DNA of 64,000 bases, taken from Deltaproteobacteria bacterium (GTDB taxonomy: Bacteria > Desulfobacterota > GWC2-55-46 > DRQE01). Positions 11,013 through 21,230 of this stretch are shown here, one piece after another. The position numbers and the translations under genes were made by a program. The notes beneath the pieces were generated by a model that searched no databases, had not been told where the DNA came from, and saw only the letters and a program-made list of their open reading frames with translations. How positions within the stretch are numbered: position 1 is the first letter of the stretch; each line of letters opens with the position of its first letter. The stretch is from the NCBI GenBank assembly GCA_015492245.1, contig WGFM01000006.1:13418-77417 (forward strand), given 5' to 3'.

Positions 11013-11972
11013 TTAACCCACACCCCCTTTTCTGTAATATTCTTTTTTCAATGCATCTATTATTATCCCTTCCAGAAGCCCCGCATCGCTTACCTTCATG
11101 GTATAGATGCCAAAGGCCTCCATGCAGGCAAGCACTATGGCTGTGCCCGGGATTATAAGGTCCTCCCTGCCCTTCTCAAGGGAGAGTATCTTATTTCTCT
11201 CCGAGAGTCTCATGCTGGAAAGCCTCTTGTATATATCCTCAACACCCTCATGGGTCAGGATATGGTTGTTTATCCTTTCTGGCTGGTAGACCTCGAGGCC
11301 CTGGGCTATACTTGCAAGTGTGGTTACAGTGCCAGCGGTGCCACAGAGCTCACACCTTTCGGCCGAAAAAAAACCTGAAAGGGCCTCCTTCACCCCCTGC
11401 ACAAACCCCTCTACTTTCTTCTCCAGCCCTTCAAGCTCCTCCCTATCCGGTGGGTCAGACCTCATGAACCCTTCTGTAAGGTGCACCACCCCCATATTCT
11501 CGATACTGATCGATTTCAGTATCCTCTTTTTTCTACAGTATACAAACTCTGTGCTTCCCCCGCCTATATCCACCACAAGGATGTCCTCTTTCTCGCTGGA
11601 TACAACAGAGAGCACCCCCTCTACCGAAAGATGGGCCTCCTCTGTGCCATCTATCACCCTTGCATCTATACCTGTCTCTTCTTTGACCCTTCCAAGGAAT
11701 GCCTCCCTGTTCTTTGCCCTCCTTACCACACTCGTTGCAACCGAGAGTATTTGGTCTGCACCATTTCTGTCTGCGATGGCTTTGAACTCCTTGAGGGCTA
11801 CGATGGTTCTTGTGATGGCATCCTCTGTGAGCCCTTCCTTTTCTGTAAACCCGCCACCGAGCCTTGTTATCCTGCGGCCACGGGCGACATCCTTTGTTCT
11901 TCCTTCATGGTCCACCTCTGCAACCAGCAGCCTCAATGTATTGGAGCCTATGTCTATGGAGGCAAGCCTCAC
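11013..11972 (-). CDS. Ppx/GppA family exopolyphosphatase / guanosine pentaphosphate phosphohydrolase
   Basis: It has the [21 protein letters not shown]-terminal actin-like ATPase motif. The likely start is a GTG preceded by GGAGAAGAAAAG, overlapping the TGA of the upstream gene (GTGA). The longer ORF-track start is probably spurious. Confidence 0.75.
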   Translation of the reverse strand: MRLASIDIGSNTLRLLVAEVDHEGRTKDVARGRRITRLGGGFTEKEGLTEDAITRTIVALKEFKAIADRNGADQILSVATSVVRRAKNREAFLGRVKEETGIDARVIDGTEEAHLSVEGVLSVVSSEKEDILVVDIGGGSTEFVYCRKKRILKSISIENMGVVHLTEGFMRSDPPDREELEGLEKKVEGFVQGVKEALSGFFSAERCELCGTAGTVTTLASIAQGLEVYQPERINNHILTHEGVEDIYKRLSSMRLSERNKILSLEKGREDLIIPGTAIVLACMEAFGIYTMKVSDAGLLEGIIIDALKKEYYRKGGVG

Positions 11973-12484
11973 CTTTTCTTCTCCATATAGTCCTTTGCGT
12001 ATTCCACATAGTTTCCTGCAGAGCGCACTATTCTCTCCACCTCTTCGTCCTCGAGCCTTCTTACAACCCTTGCAGGAACTCCAAGTGCAAGGCTTCTGGG
12101 AGGAATCCTTGCACCCTCTGTTACTATGGCACCTGCCCCTATTATGGAGCACTCGCCTATATGGGCATTATCGAGCACAATGGCACCCATGCCCACAAGT
12201 ATCCTGTCCTCAAGGGTGCATCCGTGGAGTATCACGCCATGGCCTATGGTAACCTCACTGCCTACTATGAGTGGGTATATCTCTTTGGTTACATGGAGGG
12301 TGGAGTTGTCCTGCACATTGGTCTTCTCGCCTATCCTTATGTAGTTTACATCCCCCCTTATCACCACATTGAACCACACACTGGAAAAGTCTCCAACCCT
12401 TACATCACCTACAACCCTTGCACTCTCTTCTATGAAGACAGATTCTCCGAGCTCCGGGTATACCCCTCTGTATGGAAATATCAT
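11969..12484 (-). CDS. Gamma-class carbonic anhydrase family / hexapeptide-repeat protein (YrdA/PaaY-like)
   Basis: 171 aa with left-handed beta-helix hexapeptide repeats (VGDVRVGDFSSVWFNVVIRGDVNYIRIGEKTNVQDNSTLHV) and conserved His residues. Confidence 0.8.
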   Translation of the reverse strand: MIFPYRGVYPELGESVFIEESARVVGDVRVGDFSSVWFNVVIRGDVNYIRIGEKTNVQDNSTLHVTKEIYPLIVGSEVTIGHGVILHGCTLEDRILVGMGAIVLDNAHIGECSIIGAGAIVTEGARIPPRSLALGVPARVVRRLEDEEVERIVRSAGNYVEYAKDYMEKKR

Positions 12485-12641
12485 AAGGTGGCCTCCCTTG
12501 AAAGAAACCCATTAAACTATTAAAATTTATCAGAATAGCCACTTTTATGCAACGAGATTATGGAACAGGCGAGAAGGCACGGAATATATAATATGGGTGA
12601 AATCCGGCTTAAATAAAAACAACAGTTGACCCCCACAGAGT

Positions 12642-14027
12642 TTATGGCCTGTCCTCCCTGAGGAGTTCTATCCTCAACACCTTTCTTGTATCGTCCCTTA
12701 CCCTGAACTCCTCGGACTGCCTCATACCTGCAACCCAGATTATCCTTCCATCTGCCACAACAACGGGTATCCTTCTTCTCTCCTCAAGGGGGAGCTTCTC
12801 GTCTATGAAGAGCTCCTTAAGCTTCTTTGTGCCATCCATACCAAGTGGATGGATTCTGTCGCCTGGCCTGAAGGTTCTTACCACAAGGTGGCTGGGAAGA
12901 TGTTCATGATCGAAGTATGCCACATTCCTTCCTTCATTCAGCCTTTCGGGCCTTGCCACAACCTCTGTTTTGAGCAGATAGCCTGTCCCCTCGATGGTTG
13001 TAACCCCTGGCACCTTCAGCATGGTCTCCTCGGGCACCGGTGTTCCTGATGGCCTGCCCATTGAAACTACAATCTCACCATACACCCTTTTAAGATATAG
13101 CCCTCCGCCGAGTGATACAGTAAGGTTGGGTCTTTCTGTCCTGAGTGCCCATAGAAACTCTTCTACCTGTGGTGTCTCCATAAGGTCTCTTCTGTGGCAG
13201 AGTGTCTCCACCGCCTTCAGAAAGAGCCTTGCAAGAAGGGCCTCGTCCACACAGAGAAGCTCTCTCCTTCTAAAGCGCACCTCCTCTTTGTTAACTGTTG
13301 CAAGCCTTTCGAAAAGCTCTGTGGCCTGGCCTTCCATATAGTGGGCATCCCTTCTGAGAAGTCCTGAAATCCTCGAGAGGGTCTCCACTATAGAGGGGTT
13401 GTAGTGTGCCTTGAGATAAGGCAGGAGCTCAAGCCTTATCCTGTTTCTAAGGTATCTTGTCGAACGATTCGTTGAGTCCTCCACATACTCTATGGAGTGG
13501 CCTCTTGCGAACTCCTCTATCTCCTCTCTACGCACCTCTATGAGGGGTCTTACAAATGGACCTCTTACAGGCTCGATACCCTTGAGCCCCTCAAGGGATG
13601 TCCCCCTTATAAGCCTCATAAGGATTGTCTCTGCGTTGTCGTCCATGTTGTGTCCCAGGGCCATTCTGTGGAGTGCGTGTTTCTTGATGGTCTCATGGAA
13701 GAACCCGAGCCTTTCCCCTCTTGCCCAGCTCTGGGTTGATACACCAGGGGGCATTGTTCCCTGCCTGAGGGTTCTGGATACAAGCTTAAGTCCCAGCCTT
13801 TCTGCCACCCTCTTTACAAAGTGGGCATCCCGCAGGGATTCCTCACCCCTCAGGTTGTGGTTAAGGTGGCATACTGTAAGCTCAAGCCCCCACCTTCTGG
13901 CAAGTTCTGTGAGTATGTGCAGAACCACCATGGAGTCCACCCCACCCGAGACTGCCACACCAACCCTCTGGCCTGCAGATAGCATGGCGTATCTCTCAAT
14001 CGTCTTTTCAACCTTTTCAAGAAGCAT
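12642..14027 (-). CDS. tilS: tRNA(Ile)-lysidine synthetase
   Basis: PP-loop SGGVDSMVVLHIL and a C-terminal TilS domain. The likely start is the internal Met (MLLEKVEK..) rather than the long ORF-track start. Confidence 0.8.
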   Translation of the reverse strand: MLLEKVEKTIERYAMLSAGQRVGVAVSGGVDSMVVLHILTELARRWGLELTVCHLNHNLRGEESLRDAHFVKRVAERLGLKLVSRTLRQGTMPPGVSTQSWARGERLGFFHETIKKHALHRMALGHNMDDNAETILMRLIRGTSLEGLKGIEPVRGPFVRPLIEVRREEIEEFARGHSIEYVEDSTNRSTRYLRNRIRLELLPYLKAHYNPSIVETLSRISGLLRRDAHYMEGQATELFERLATVNKEEVRFRRRELLCVDEALLARLFLKAVETLCHRRDLMETPQVEEFLWALRTERPNLTVSLGGGLYLKRVYGEIVVSMGRPSGTPVPEETMLKVPGVTTIEGTGYLLKTEVVARPERLNEGRNVAYFDHEHLPSHLVVRTFRPGDRIHPLGMDGTKKLKELFIDEKLPLEERRRIPVVVADGRIIWVAGMRQSEEFRVRDDTRKVLRIELLREDRP

Positions 14028-14117
14028 GCCCTCTATTTTACCCCATAACCACCCTGAAAACCAACCCCCCATGGTGGCCTTTATATGTTCGGGGATATAT
14101 GCTAAAATCCATACTGT

Positions 14118-15575
14118 ATGGGTAATACAGGAAGCATAACAAAAAGGGTTCTTCTTGCCACGGCACTGATCCTCTATCTTACAGGCCCATCTTACGGTAA
14201 GGACATGTTTGATGACATACCCCTTGCCGCCCATCTCAAGGAGCGATATGCCCATGACCTTCCCGAGCTTGTAAAGAGAAGACACATAAGGGTTCTTACC
14301 ACCTTCAACAGGACCAACTTCTTTATAGCCAACTCACGCACATACGGGTTTGAGTACTCACTGCTCAGGGATTACGAGAAGTTCATAAATCGTGGCATAA
14401 AGAGGCAGGAGTTAAGGATAACCCTTGAGTTCATACCCGTAAGCAGGGACCGCCTCATACCACTTCTTCTCGAAGGCTATGGGGATATAGCTGCCGCAGG
14501 GCTCACCATAACGGCAGAAAGGCTCAAGAAGGTGGCCTTTACGACCCCCTATCTTACCAGTGTGGACGAGGTGGTGGTGGTGCACCGTTCGGTGAAGGAC
14601 ATAAAGAAGGCAGAGGACCTTTCTGGAAAGAGTGTGTATGTAAGGCGCACGAGCAGTTACCATGAGAGCCTCAAGCTCCTGAACAGCAAACTCACCCTTA
14701 TGGGGCTCAAACCTGTAAGGGTAGTTGCAGCTGATGGGAGCCTTGAGACGGAAGACATCCTCGAGATGGTGAACACAGGTGCCATAAAGATAACCATAGC
14801 AGATAGCCACATGGCCCGCATATGGTCGAAGGTCTTCAAGAACATCCGTGTACTCGAGGATGCTACCATAAGAGAAGGTGGCAAGATAGCCTGGATGGTG
14901 AGAAAAGACAGCCCCCTACTCAAAGAGAGTCTCAACAGGTTTATAAAGAGCCATCGCAAGGGCACCCGCATAGGCAACATATATTTCAACAGATACTTTG
15001 AGAACACCCGCTGGATAAAGAACCCCCTGGATAAGGATATTGCAAGAAAGCCCTATGTAAGGCTCTTCAAGAAGTATGGCAAGAAATACGGTTTCGACTG
15101 GCTCTTTCTCATGGCCGTTGCCTACCAGGAATCGGGCCTCGACCAGAAGAAACGAAGCCCCTCTGGGGCCATAGGTATCATGCAGGTCAGGCCTGCCACC
15201 GCAAGGGATAGAAACATAAGGATAAAGCGGATCCACCTTCTTGAGAACAACATCCATGCGGGCACAAAGTATCTTGCCTTCTTGAGGGACCGTTACTTTT
15301 CAGACCCCTCGCTCAAAGAGAGAGACCGCCTGAGGCTTACCCTTGCAGCCTACAACGCAGGCCCTGTCAAGATAAGGAAGGCCCGCCTTGCGGCCAAAAA
15401 GATGGGGCTTGCCCCAAACAGATGGTTCCGCAATGTGGAGATAGCCGTGCTCAAGACCATAGGGCAGGAAACGGTTCAGTATGTGAGCAACATAAACAAA
15501 TACTACATACTCTACAAACTGCACTTCGAGAATGTGGAAAAAAGAAAGGCCATTAAAAAGCAGGCCGTAAAATAG
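14118..15575 (+). CDS. mltF: Membrane-bound lytic murein transglycosylase F-like (periplasmic solute-binding-like domain plus SLT domain)
   Basis: Signal peptide. The N-terminal domain resembles an amino-acid ABC substrate-binding fold. The C-terminal FDWLFLMAVAYQESGLDQ..GAIGIMQV is the SLT catalytic motif. Confidence 0.7.
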   Translation: MGNTGSITKRVLLATALILYLTGPSYGKDMFDDIPLAAHLKERYAHDLPELVKRRHIRVLTTFNRTNFFIANSRTYGFEYSLLRDYEKFINRGIKRQELRITLEFIPVSRDRLIPLLLEGYGDIAAAGLTITAERLKKVAFTTPYLTSVDEVVVVHRSVKDIKKAEDLSGKSVYVRRTSSYHESLKLLNSKLTLMGLKPVRVVAADGSLETEDILEMVNTGAIKITIADSHMARIWSKVFKNIRVLEDATIREGGKIAWMVRKDSPLLKESLNRFIKSHRKGTRIGNIYFNRYFENTRWIKNPLDKDIARKPYVRLFKKYGKKYGFDWLFLMAVAYQESGLDQKKRSPSGAIGIMQVRPATARDRNIRIKRIHLLENNIHAGTKYLAFLRDRYFSDPSLKERDRLRLTLAAYNAGPVKIRKARLAAKKMGLAPNRWFRNVEIAVLKTIGQETVQYVSNINKYYILYKLHFENVEKRKAIKKQAVK

Positions 15576-15582
15576 GTGGGTG

Positions 15583-15981
15583 TTACTGCTGTGCCTCTTC
15601 TATGAGCCTTTTTAGTATAGAGCGGTGGCAGAGGGCCTCATCCCTGCAGTAGCAACCTATGGCAAGGGGCACCCTTCTTGCCATCTCTTTCAGCAGGTAG
15701 AGCACAGCCCTTGCATCCCTGCTGGCAAGGATTTCCCTTTCGTAGCTTCTTCTAAACTCCTTCCACCTTGTGGCAGGCTCTTTTCTCAGCTCCTTCACAA
15801 GCTCACTGCGAGGCGCAAGAAGGGGCAGCCATACATCGAAGTAGCCTTTGTCCTGGTAGTCCTCCTTCTTGACCCCTCTTGGCAGGAACCTTACGGCACC
15901 TATCCTCAAGGCATCCTTGAGGGTGCCGCCCTCTTCTCCAAATCTGTATGTGGTAAGCCTGATCTTTTCAGAACCTGCCAT
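15583..15981 (-). CDS. DUF488 family protein
   Basis: About 130 aa from the internal Met (MAGSEKIRLTTYRF..). It has the W..F...Y pattern and the C-terminal CYC..C.R motif typical of DUF488. Confidence 0.55.
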   Translation of the reverse strand: MAGSEKIRLTTYRFGEEGGTLKDALRIGAVRFLPRGVKKEDYQDKGYFDVWLPLLAPRSELVKELRKEPATRWKEFRRSYEREILASRDARAVLYLLKEMARRVPLAIGCYCRDEALCHRSILKRLIEEAQQ

Positions 15982-16675
15982 GGCACTTCTTGTATTTCTT
16001 CCCGCTTCCACAGAAACAGGGCTCATTTCTGCCAGGACTCTTCTCTATCCTTCGGGGGTTCAGTTGTGGCAGTTTTTCCCTTGCAAGCCTTCTTATCTCC
16101 GGGATGAGCTCTTCTACTGCCTCTTCCACTGTCCCGAAGCCCCTCTGAAAGTGTGAATCATTCACCTTCCTTTCGATCTCCACAGCCTTCTTTATCTTTT
16201 CCATGTCCATATCTGATGAGACCGCGGTATCCACTATCCTGCAGAACCCTTCATGGCCCGGCTTCCGCCCGGGGGTGCCAAGCTCCCTGCACCAGCGGGG
16301 CCTTATATCCACACCCTTTATAGCAGGGTGTATCAGGCAGAACCCCTCTTCTCCCTCGAAGGCACACCTGAATGCAAACATGGCACGAAGCCTTATGTTG
16401 AGAAAGCCCTGCCCCTGGGCCACATCCTCCACATGGAGGCATATCCTTTCCGGCCTTGCAAAAAGTCGGCGTGGGGTGGGCTCTGTGGTTACATAATTGG
16501 TTACCACCCTGTCTATCCTCTCACGAACACTTCGGGCTATGGTCTTTTTGATGTCCCCAAGCCCTGAAATCCCACCATTTTTCCTGAGGGTATAGACTAT
16601 GATGGCCCACCAGGGCCTGCAACATATACCACCACAGAGTTCCGTGCATACCCTGATCACATCATTTGAAACCAT
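15968..16675 (-). CDS. YkgJ/UPF0153-like Cys-cluster (CxxxCGxCC) protein with C-terminal SEC-C zinc-binding motif
   Basis: The N-terminus has VCTELCGGICC. The C-terminus has PCFCGSGKKYKKCHG (SEC-C motif). Confidence 0.5.
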   Translation of the reverse strand: MVSNDVIRVCTELCGGICCRPWWAIIVYTLRKNGGISGLGDIKKTIARSVRERIDRVVTNYVTTEPTPRRLFARPERICLHVEDVAQGQGFLNIRLRAMFAFRCAFEGEEGFCLIHPAIKGVDIRPRWCRELGTPGRKPGHEGFCRIVDTAVSSDMDMEKIKKAVEIERKVNDSHFQRGFGTVEEAVEELIPEIRRLAREKLPQLNPRRIEKSPGRNEPCFCGSGKKYKKCHGRF

Positions 16676-16733
16676 GATGATAATGTAACATTTCTTCCCT
16701 CTCATTTACAAGAAGTGCTGAGAAGCAGGAGAT

Positions 16734-16757
16734 ATTGACTCATCAGGACATGTCAAT
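16734..16757. promoter_or_regulatory. Inverted repeat ATTGAC-N12-GTCAAT immediately upstream of a -35-like TTGACA (16767..16772) in a divergent promoter region
   Basis: A perfect 6-bp inverted repeat, read directly. TTGACA, a 16-nt spacer and TAAACT (16789..16794) lie downstream, facing the FmdE-like gene. Confidence 0.35.
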
Positions 16758-16832
16758 ATCTTTCCCTTGACATTTATTTTCGGTCTGTTAAACTTGAACG
16801 GTTATATCTTTCTGAAATGGGGGGGTAATATT

Positions 16833-17489
16833 GTGGAAGAACAGACACGCTGGAAACACGGTTTTTACAGGGATGTGGAGCCCATACGGCTCAAGGACCC
16901 GCTTGCCTATATCCTTGGTGCACTCGATGAGGGTGAGCCCTTTGTGTTCACCTATGGAGATGCGGTAAAGCTTGCAGGACATTCCTGTCCTGCAGTGGCA
17001 GGTGCCTATAAACTTACTGCAAAGGCACTCGAGTTCCTTTATGGAGAAGAGTTGCCTGTAAGGGGAGAGATAAGGGTGCTCATAAAGGGAGATCCCACAC
17101 AGCTTTCCTATGGCCCGCAGTCGCAGGTAATCTCGCTTATAACAGGTGCCTCTGGGGTTACAGGGTTCAAGGGGCTTGGCGGAAGATACAGCAGATACAA
17201 CAAGCTTCTCTTCGATAGCGAGGACTTCCATTACAGCACCTTCATATTCCAGCGCGAGGATACAGAAGAGACGGTGAAGGTGGTATACGACCCTGGTGTC
17301 ATAGAGCAACCGAAAGAGCTGACCGAGCTCGCCCCAAAGGTTATCGGCCTGCTTGCAACAGAAGAGGAGAAAGAAAGGTTCATAACCCTGTGGCAGGAAA
17401 GGGTAAGAAAGATACTCCTTGAAGACGAGAGCTACCCCGGGCTCTTCAAACTGGAAGAACTGGAGGGTTTTGTTTTTCCTTCTGAGTAA
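16833..17489 (+). CDS. FmdE/FwdE family protein (formylmethanofuran dehydrogenase subunit E-like)
   Basis: The motif AGHSCPAVAGAYKLTAKALEFL matches the FmdE G-H-x-C-P-G signature. The likely start is a GTG at 16833 preceded by a GGGGGG RBS. The ORF-track start at 16767 would lie inside the promoter. Confidence 0.5.
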   Translation: MEEQTRWKHGFYRDVEPIRLKDPLAYILGALDEGEPFVFTYGDAVKLAGHSCPAVAGAYKLTAKALEFLYGEELPVRGEIRVLIKGDPTQLSYGPQSQVISLITGASGVTGFKGLGGRYSRYNKLLFDSEDFHYSTFIFQREDTEETVKVVYDPGVIEQPKELTELAPKVIGLLATEEEKERFITLWQERVRKILLEDESYPGLFKLEELEGFVFPSE

Positions 17490-17513
17490 AGGCCTTTCTG
17501 GCAACCATTTTTT

Positions 17514-18191
17514 ATGACCCTTAAGGAGCTTGCAAACTCTATAGATCTTTCCCTGTTGAGGCCAGATACCAAAGAGGAAGAACTCTGCTCTATCATAGAG
17601 ACGGCACGCCACCATCCCTTTGCGGGTATATGCGTGCCACCCATCTATACGGCCACGGCAAAAAACCTCCTTGAAGAAACAGGAATACATGTTATAACCG
17701 TTATAGGGTTTCCCCTTGGCTACCAGAAGCCCGAGGTAAAGCTTAAAGAGGCAGAAGAGGCGCTCAAGGATGGAGCCTGTGAGGTGGACATGGTGCTGAA
17801 CATATCTGCGCTGAAGTCCCGTAGGCTTGAGGCCATAAGAGAAGAGATAGGCGGCACAGTATCCCTGGGGCAGGGGCTTGTGGTAAAGGTGATAATCGAG
17901 TGCTGTTACCTGTCGCAGGAAGAGAAACTCCTCTCTCTACGGCTGATTGAAGAATGTGGGGCACACTTTGTAAAAACATCCACAGGGTTTGCCCCACAGG
18001 GTGCAACCATAGAGGATGCAAGGCTCCTGAAGGAACACACACAGTGGCTGAAGGTGAAGGCAGCCGGAGGCATAAAGGGGCTCGATGAGGCACTGAGGTT
18101 TCTCGAAGCTGGTGCAGACAGAATCGGCACAAGCTCGGGGCTTGAAATACTCAAGGAGTTTGAAGAAAGATATGGAGATAAAAGAGTCTGA
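17514..18191 (+). CDS. deoC: Deoxyribose-phosphate aldolase
   Basis: 225 aa. HFVKTSTGF carries the Schiff-base Lys motif, in a TIM-barrel-sized protein. Confidence 0.85.
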   Translation: MTLKELANSIDLSLLRPDTKEEELCSIIETARHHPFAGICVPPIYTATAKNLLEETGIHVITVIGFPLGYQKPEVKLKEAEEALKDGACEVDMVLNISALKSRRLEAIREEIGGTVSLGQGLVVKVIIECCYLSQEEKLLSLRLIEECGAHFVKTSTGFAPQGATIEDARLLKEHTQWLKVKAAGGIKGLDEALRFLEAGADRIGTSSGLEILKEFEERYGDKRV

Positions 18192-20316
18192 CATACTGGA
18201 ATTTATGAACACAGGTGCCCACAGGCCCCTTTCGGTAAAGGAGCTTATGAAGGCACTGGATGTCCCACAGCAGGAGAGGAGAACATTCCTAAGGCTCCTC
18301 AAGGAGATGGTCCTGCGTGGAGAACTTGTGCGCATAAGGGGTGGTAGATACGGGCTTCCCTCGAGGATGAACCTTGTTGCAGGCGAGCTCACATGCCATC
18401 CCGATGGATTCGGCTTCGTAACACCGGATGAGGGTGGAGCCGATATATTCATCCCCCCGAGAAGGCTCAATGGAGCCATGCATGGCGACAGGGTGGTGGT
18501 AAGGATAGAGGCGAGGAGAAGGGGTGGGGAAAAGAGAGAGGGCTCCATAATAAGGGTTCTCTCGAGGGCACACAAACGGATTGTGGGAAGGTTTGTTAGG
18601 CTCAAGGGGGTGAGGTTTGTCATACCATCCAACGAGAGGATACTGGAACGCATAATAATACCGCCTGGAAAGAGCGACAGGGCAAAGGACGGCGAGATTG
18701 TGGAAGCTGAAATCACAAAATGGCCCACCAGCTGGCAGGCCCCGCTGGGCAGAGTCGTAGAGATACTGGGCGATAGCACAGACCCTGATGTGGAAATAGA
18801 TATTATCGCAAGGAAGTATGATCTTCCAAGAAGGTTTCCACGCCAGGTCATAAAAGAGGCAAAGAAGATTCCTCCAGAGCCACTTCCAGAGGATTTGGCT
18901 GGAAGGGTGGATCTACGCCCACTCAACATATGCACCATAGATGGAGAAAAGGCAAGGGACTTCGACGATGCCGTTGCCATAGAGAAGAAGGATGGGCACT
19001 ACCTCCTCTATGTATCCATAGCAGATGTGAGCCACTATGTGAAGGAGGACTCCCCCCTCGACAAGGAGGCATATCTTCGGGGCACAAGTGTCTACTTTCC
19101 CGACAGGTGTATCCCCATGCTTCCAGAAAACCTGTCAAACGGCATATGCAGCCTCAACCCGGGCGAAGACCGCCTTACCCTGACCGTGGAGATAGGGTTC
19201 TCAAAAAGAGGGGTGCCTGTTGATGTGAAGTTTTACGAAAGTGTCATAAGGAGCCGCCACAGGCTCACCTACACCGAGGTAACCGAGATGCTCGAGAACA
19301 GGAACACCTCGGTCATAGAGAAGTATTCCTCCATATACGAGGAGCTGAAGCTCATGGAGGAGCTTGCCAGAAAACTCAACCGAGAGCGAATAAAACTTGG
19401 CTCCATAGACTTCGACCTTCCTGAGCCAGAGATAATCATAGACATAGAGGGCAGACCCCAGGACATAGTGAAGGCTCCGCGCACCATAGCCCACAGGATA
19501 GTTGAGGAGTTCATGCTCGCTGCGAACAGAAAGGTGGCAGAGCTGTTCGAGAAGGGTAATTACCCCGCCCTTTACAGGGTGCATGAGACCCCGGCACCTG
19601 AAAAGATCGATGCCCTCAGGGAGTTCCTTTCAGGCTTTGGCTACACCATTGACAGGAAGGTTACCCCCCGCACCTTCCAGAAGCTCCTTGATTCTGTAAA
19701 GGGTAGGCCCGAGGAGCAGCTTATAAACCATGTCATGCTACGGGCCATGCAGCAGGCCGTATACTCTGATGAGAATATCGGCCACTTCGGGCTCGCCTTT
19801 CCCACATATACCCATTTTACCTCTCCCATAAGGAGGTATCCTGACCTTGTGGTGCACAGGCTGCTCAAAAGGCTCCTTCACAAAAGATACACCCCCAAGG
19901 AACAGCGCCGTATGGCAAGACTTCTTCCACAGATAGCAGACAACTCTTCAAGGTGCGAACGCCGTGCCATGGAGGCCGAAAGAGAATGTGTGGACCTCAA
20001 GAAGGCCCAATTCATGCAGGACAAGATCGGCGAGGTCTTCGAAGGTCTCATATCAGGGGTGGAAAGCTTTGGCTTCTTCGTTGAGCTCAAAGATTACTTC
20101 GTTGAGGGCCTTGTGCACATTACAACCCTGCGGGATGACTTCTACCTGTTCGATGAAAGACGGCATGCCCTCATCGGCGAGAACACGAGGAAGAGATACT
20201 ACATCGGCAAAGAGGTGCTCGTAAGGGTTAGAGATGTGGACATAGAGCGCAGGAGGATAGAGCTTGAGCCTGTGGAAAGACGAAGCAGGAAGAGAAAGAA
20301 CAAACCTGTAATATGA
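18172..20316 (+). CDS. rnr: Ribonuclease R
   Basis: RNB catalytic domain and C-terminal S1 domain (KIGEVFEGLISGVESFGFFVEL). The likely start is the internal Met MEIKESD. Confidence 0.85.
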   Translation: MEIKESDILEFMNTGAHRPLSVKELMKALDVPQQERRTFLRLLKEMVLRGELVRIRGGRYGLPSRMNLVAGELTCHPDGFGFVTPDEGGADIFIPPRRLNGAMHGDRVVVRIEARRRGGEKREGSIIRVLSRAHKRIVGRFVRLKGVRFVIPSNERILERIIIPPGKSDRAKDGEIVEAEITKWPTSWQAPLGRVVEILGDSTDPDVEIDIIARKYDLPRRFPRQVIKEAKKIPPEPLPEDLAGRVDLRPLNICTIDGEKARDFDDAVAIEKKDGHYLLYVSIADVSHYVKEDSPLDKEAYLRGTSVYFPDRCIPMLPENLSNGICSLNPGEDRLTLTVEIGFSKRGVPVDVKFYESVIRSRHRLTYTEVTEMLENRNTSVIEKYSSIYEELKLMEELARKLNRERIKLGSIDFDLPEPEIIIDIEGRPQDIVKAPRTIAHRIVEEFMLAANRKVAELFEKGNYPALYRVHETPAPEKIDALREFLSGFGYTIDRKVTPRTFQKLLDSVKGRPEEQLINHVMLRAMQQAVYSDENIGHFGLAFPTYTHFTSPIRRYPDLVVHRLLKRLLHKRYTPKEQRRMARLLPQIADNSSRCERRAMEAERECVDLKKAQFMQDKIGEVFEGLISGVESFGFFVELKDYFVEGLVHITTLRDDFYLFDERRHALIGENTRKRYYIGKEVLVRVRDVDIERRRIELEPVERRSRKRKNKPVI

Positions 20317-21230
20317 AGGTAGTAAGAACCCCTGAAGAGATAGACGGCCCGGGTGGTGTAGTGCTTACCCTTGGCAACTTCGACGGCATACACCTTGGGC
20401 ACCAGGAGATACTCAGAACCCTCTCTGAAAGGGCAAAGAAGAGGGGACTGCCCTCTGTCGTCTACACCTTCGAGCCTCATCCCCGCAAGGTGGTCTCCCC
20501 CGAGAAGAGCCCACCACTTATAATCACACAGGAAGAGAAGATAGCACTTATAGGTGGTTTTGGCATAGACTATCTGCTCATAGCCAGTTTTACAAAGGAA
20601 TTTGCAGCAACCCACCCACGCGAGTTTGTGGAAAAAATACTGGCAGGAAGGCTTGGGGTGAAGGAGGTGTGGGTGGGACACGACTATTCCTTCGGCAGGG
20701 GCAGAGAGGGAAGTGTAGAGTATCTCGAAGAGATGGCAGAAAGACTTGGCTTTAAGGTGGGTATCATACCTGCCTTCAGGAAAGAGGGGATAGTTGTAAG
20801 TAGCTCACTTATAAGAAGACTCGTAAAAGAGGGCGATGTTAAAAGGACTGCCACCTTCCTTGGAAGACCCTTTGCCCTTACAGGCAAGGTGGTCAGGGGT
20901 GAGGACAGGGGCACAGGACTGGGTTTTCCAACGGCAAACATAGAGGTAAGAGAAGAACTCCTCCCGAAAGAAGGCGTGTATGCAGGGTTCTCCACCATGG
21001 AAGGGAAAGAGTATCCATCTGTCATAAACATAGGCAGGGCGCCCACATTCAACAGGGAAAAGACCATGGTGGAGACACATATACTTGACTTTTCAGGTAT
21101 CATCTATGGTAAAGATATAAGGGTAACCCTTGTGGATCGAATACGGGACGAGAAGAGATTCTCTACAGCCCGGGAGCTTGCAGACCAGATAGAAAAAGAC
21201 ACCATTATGGCGAGAAGGCTTCTTAGATGA
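20313..21230 (+). CDS. ribF: Bifunctional riboflavin kinase / FMN adenylyltransferase
   Basis: VLTLGNFDGIHLGHQ N-terminal FAD synthetase motif, then a C-terminal riboflavin kinase domain. The start overlaps the rnr stop (ATGA). Confidence 0.9.
   Translation: MKVVRTPEEIDGPGGVVLTLGNFDGIHLGHQEILRTLSERAKKRGLPSVVYTFEPHPRKVVSPEKSPPLIITQEEKIALIGGFGIDYLLIASFTKEFAATHPREFVEKILAGRLGVKEVWVGHDYSFGRGREGSVEYLEEMAERLGFKVGIIPAFRKEGIVVSSSLIRRLVKEGDVKRTATFLGRPFALTGKVVRGEDRGTGLGFPTANIEVREELLPKEGVYAGFSTMEGKEYPSVINIGRAPTFNREKTMVETHILDFSGIIYGKDIRVTLVDRIRDEKRFSTARELADQIEKDTIMARRLLR

Noticed and set aside
11320-12523. Plus-strand ORFs (310, 169 and 219 aa) antisense to the Ppx and hexapeptide genes
   Set aside because: Shadow ORFs with no domain signatures. 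The sense genes have clear motifs.
17937-18980. 347-aa minus-strand ORF antisense to rnr and deoC
   Set aside because: Low-complexity Ser/Pro/Leu-rich translation, typical of the antisense frame of a GC-balanced coding region. The sense-strand genes are strongly supported.
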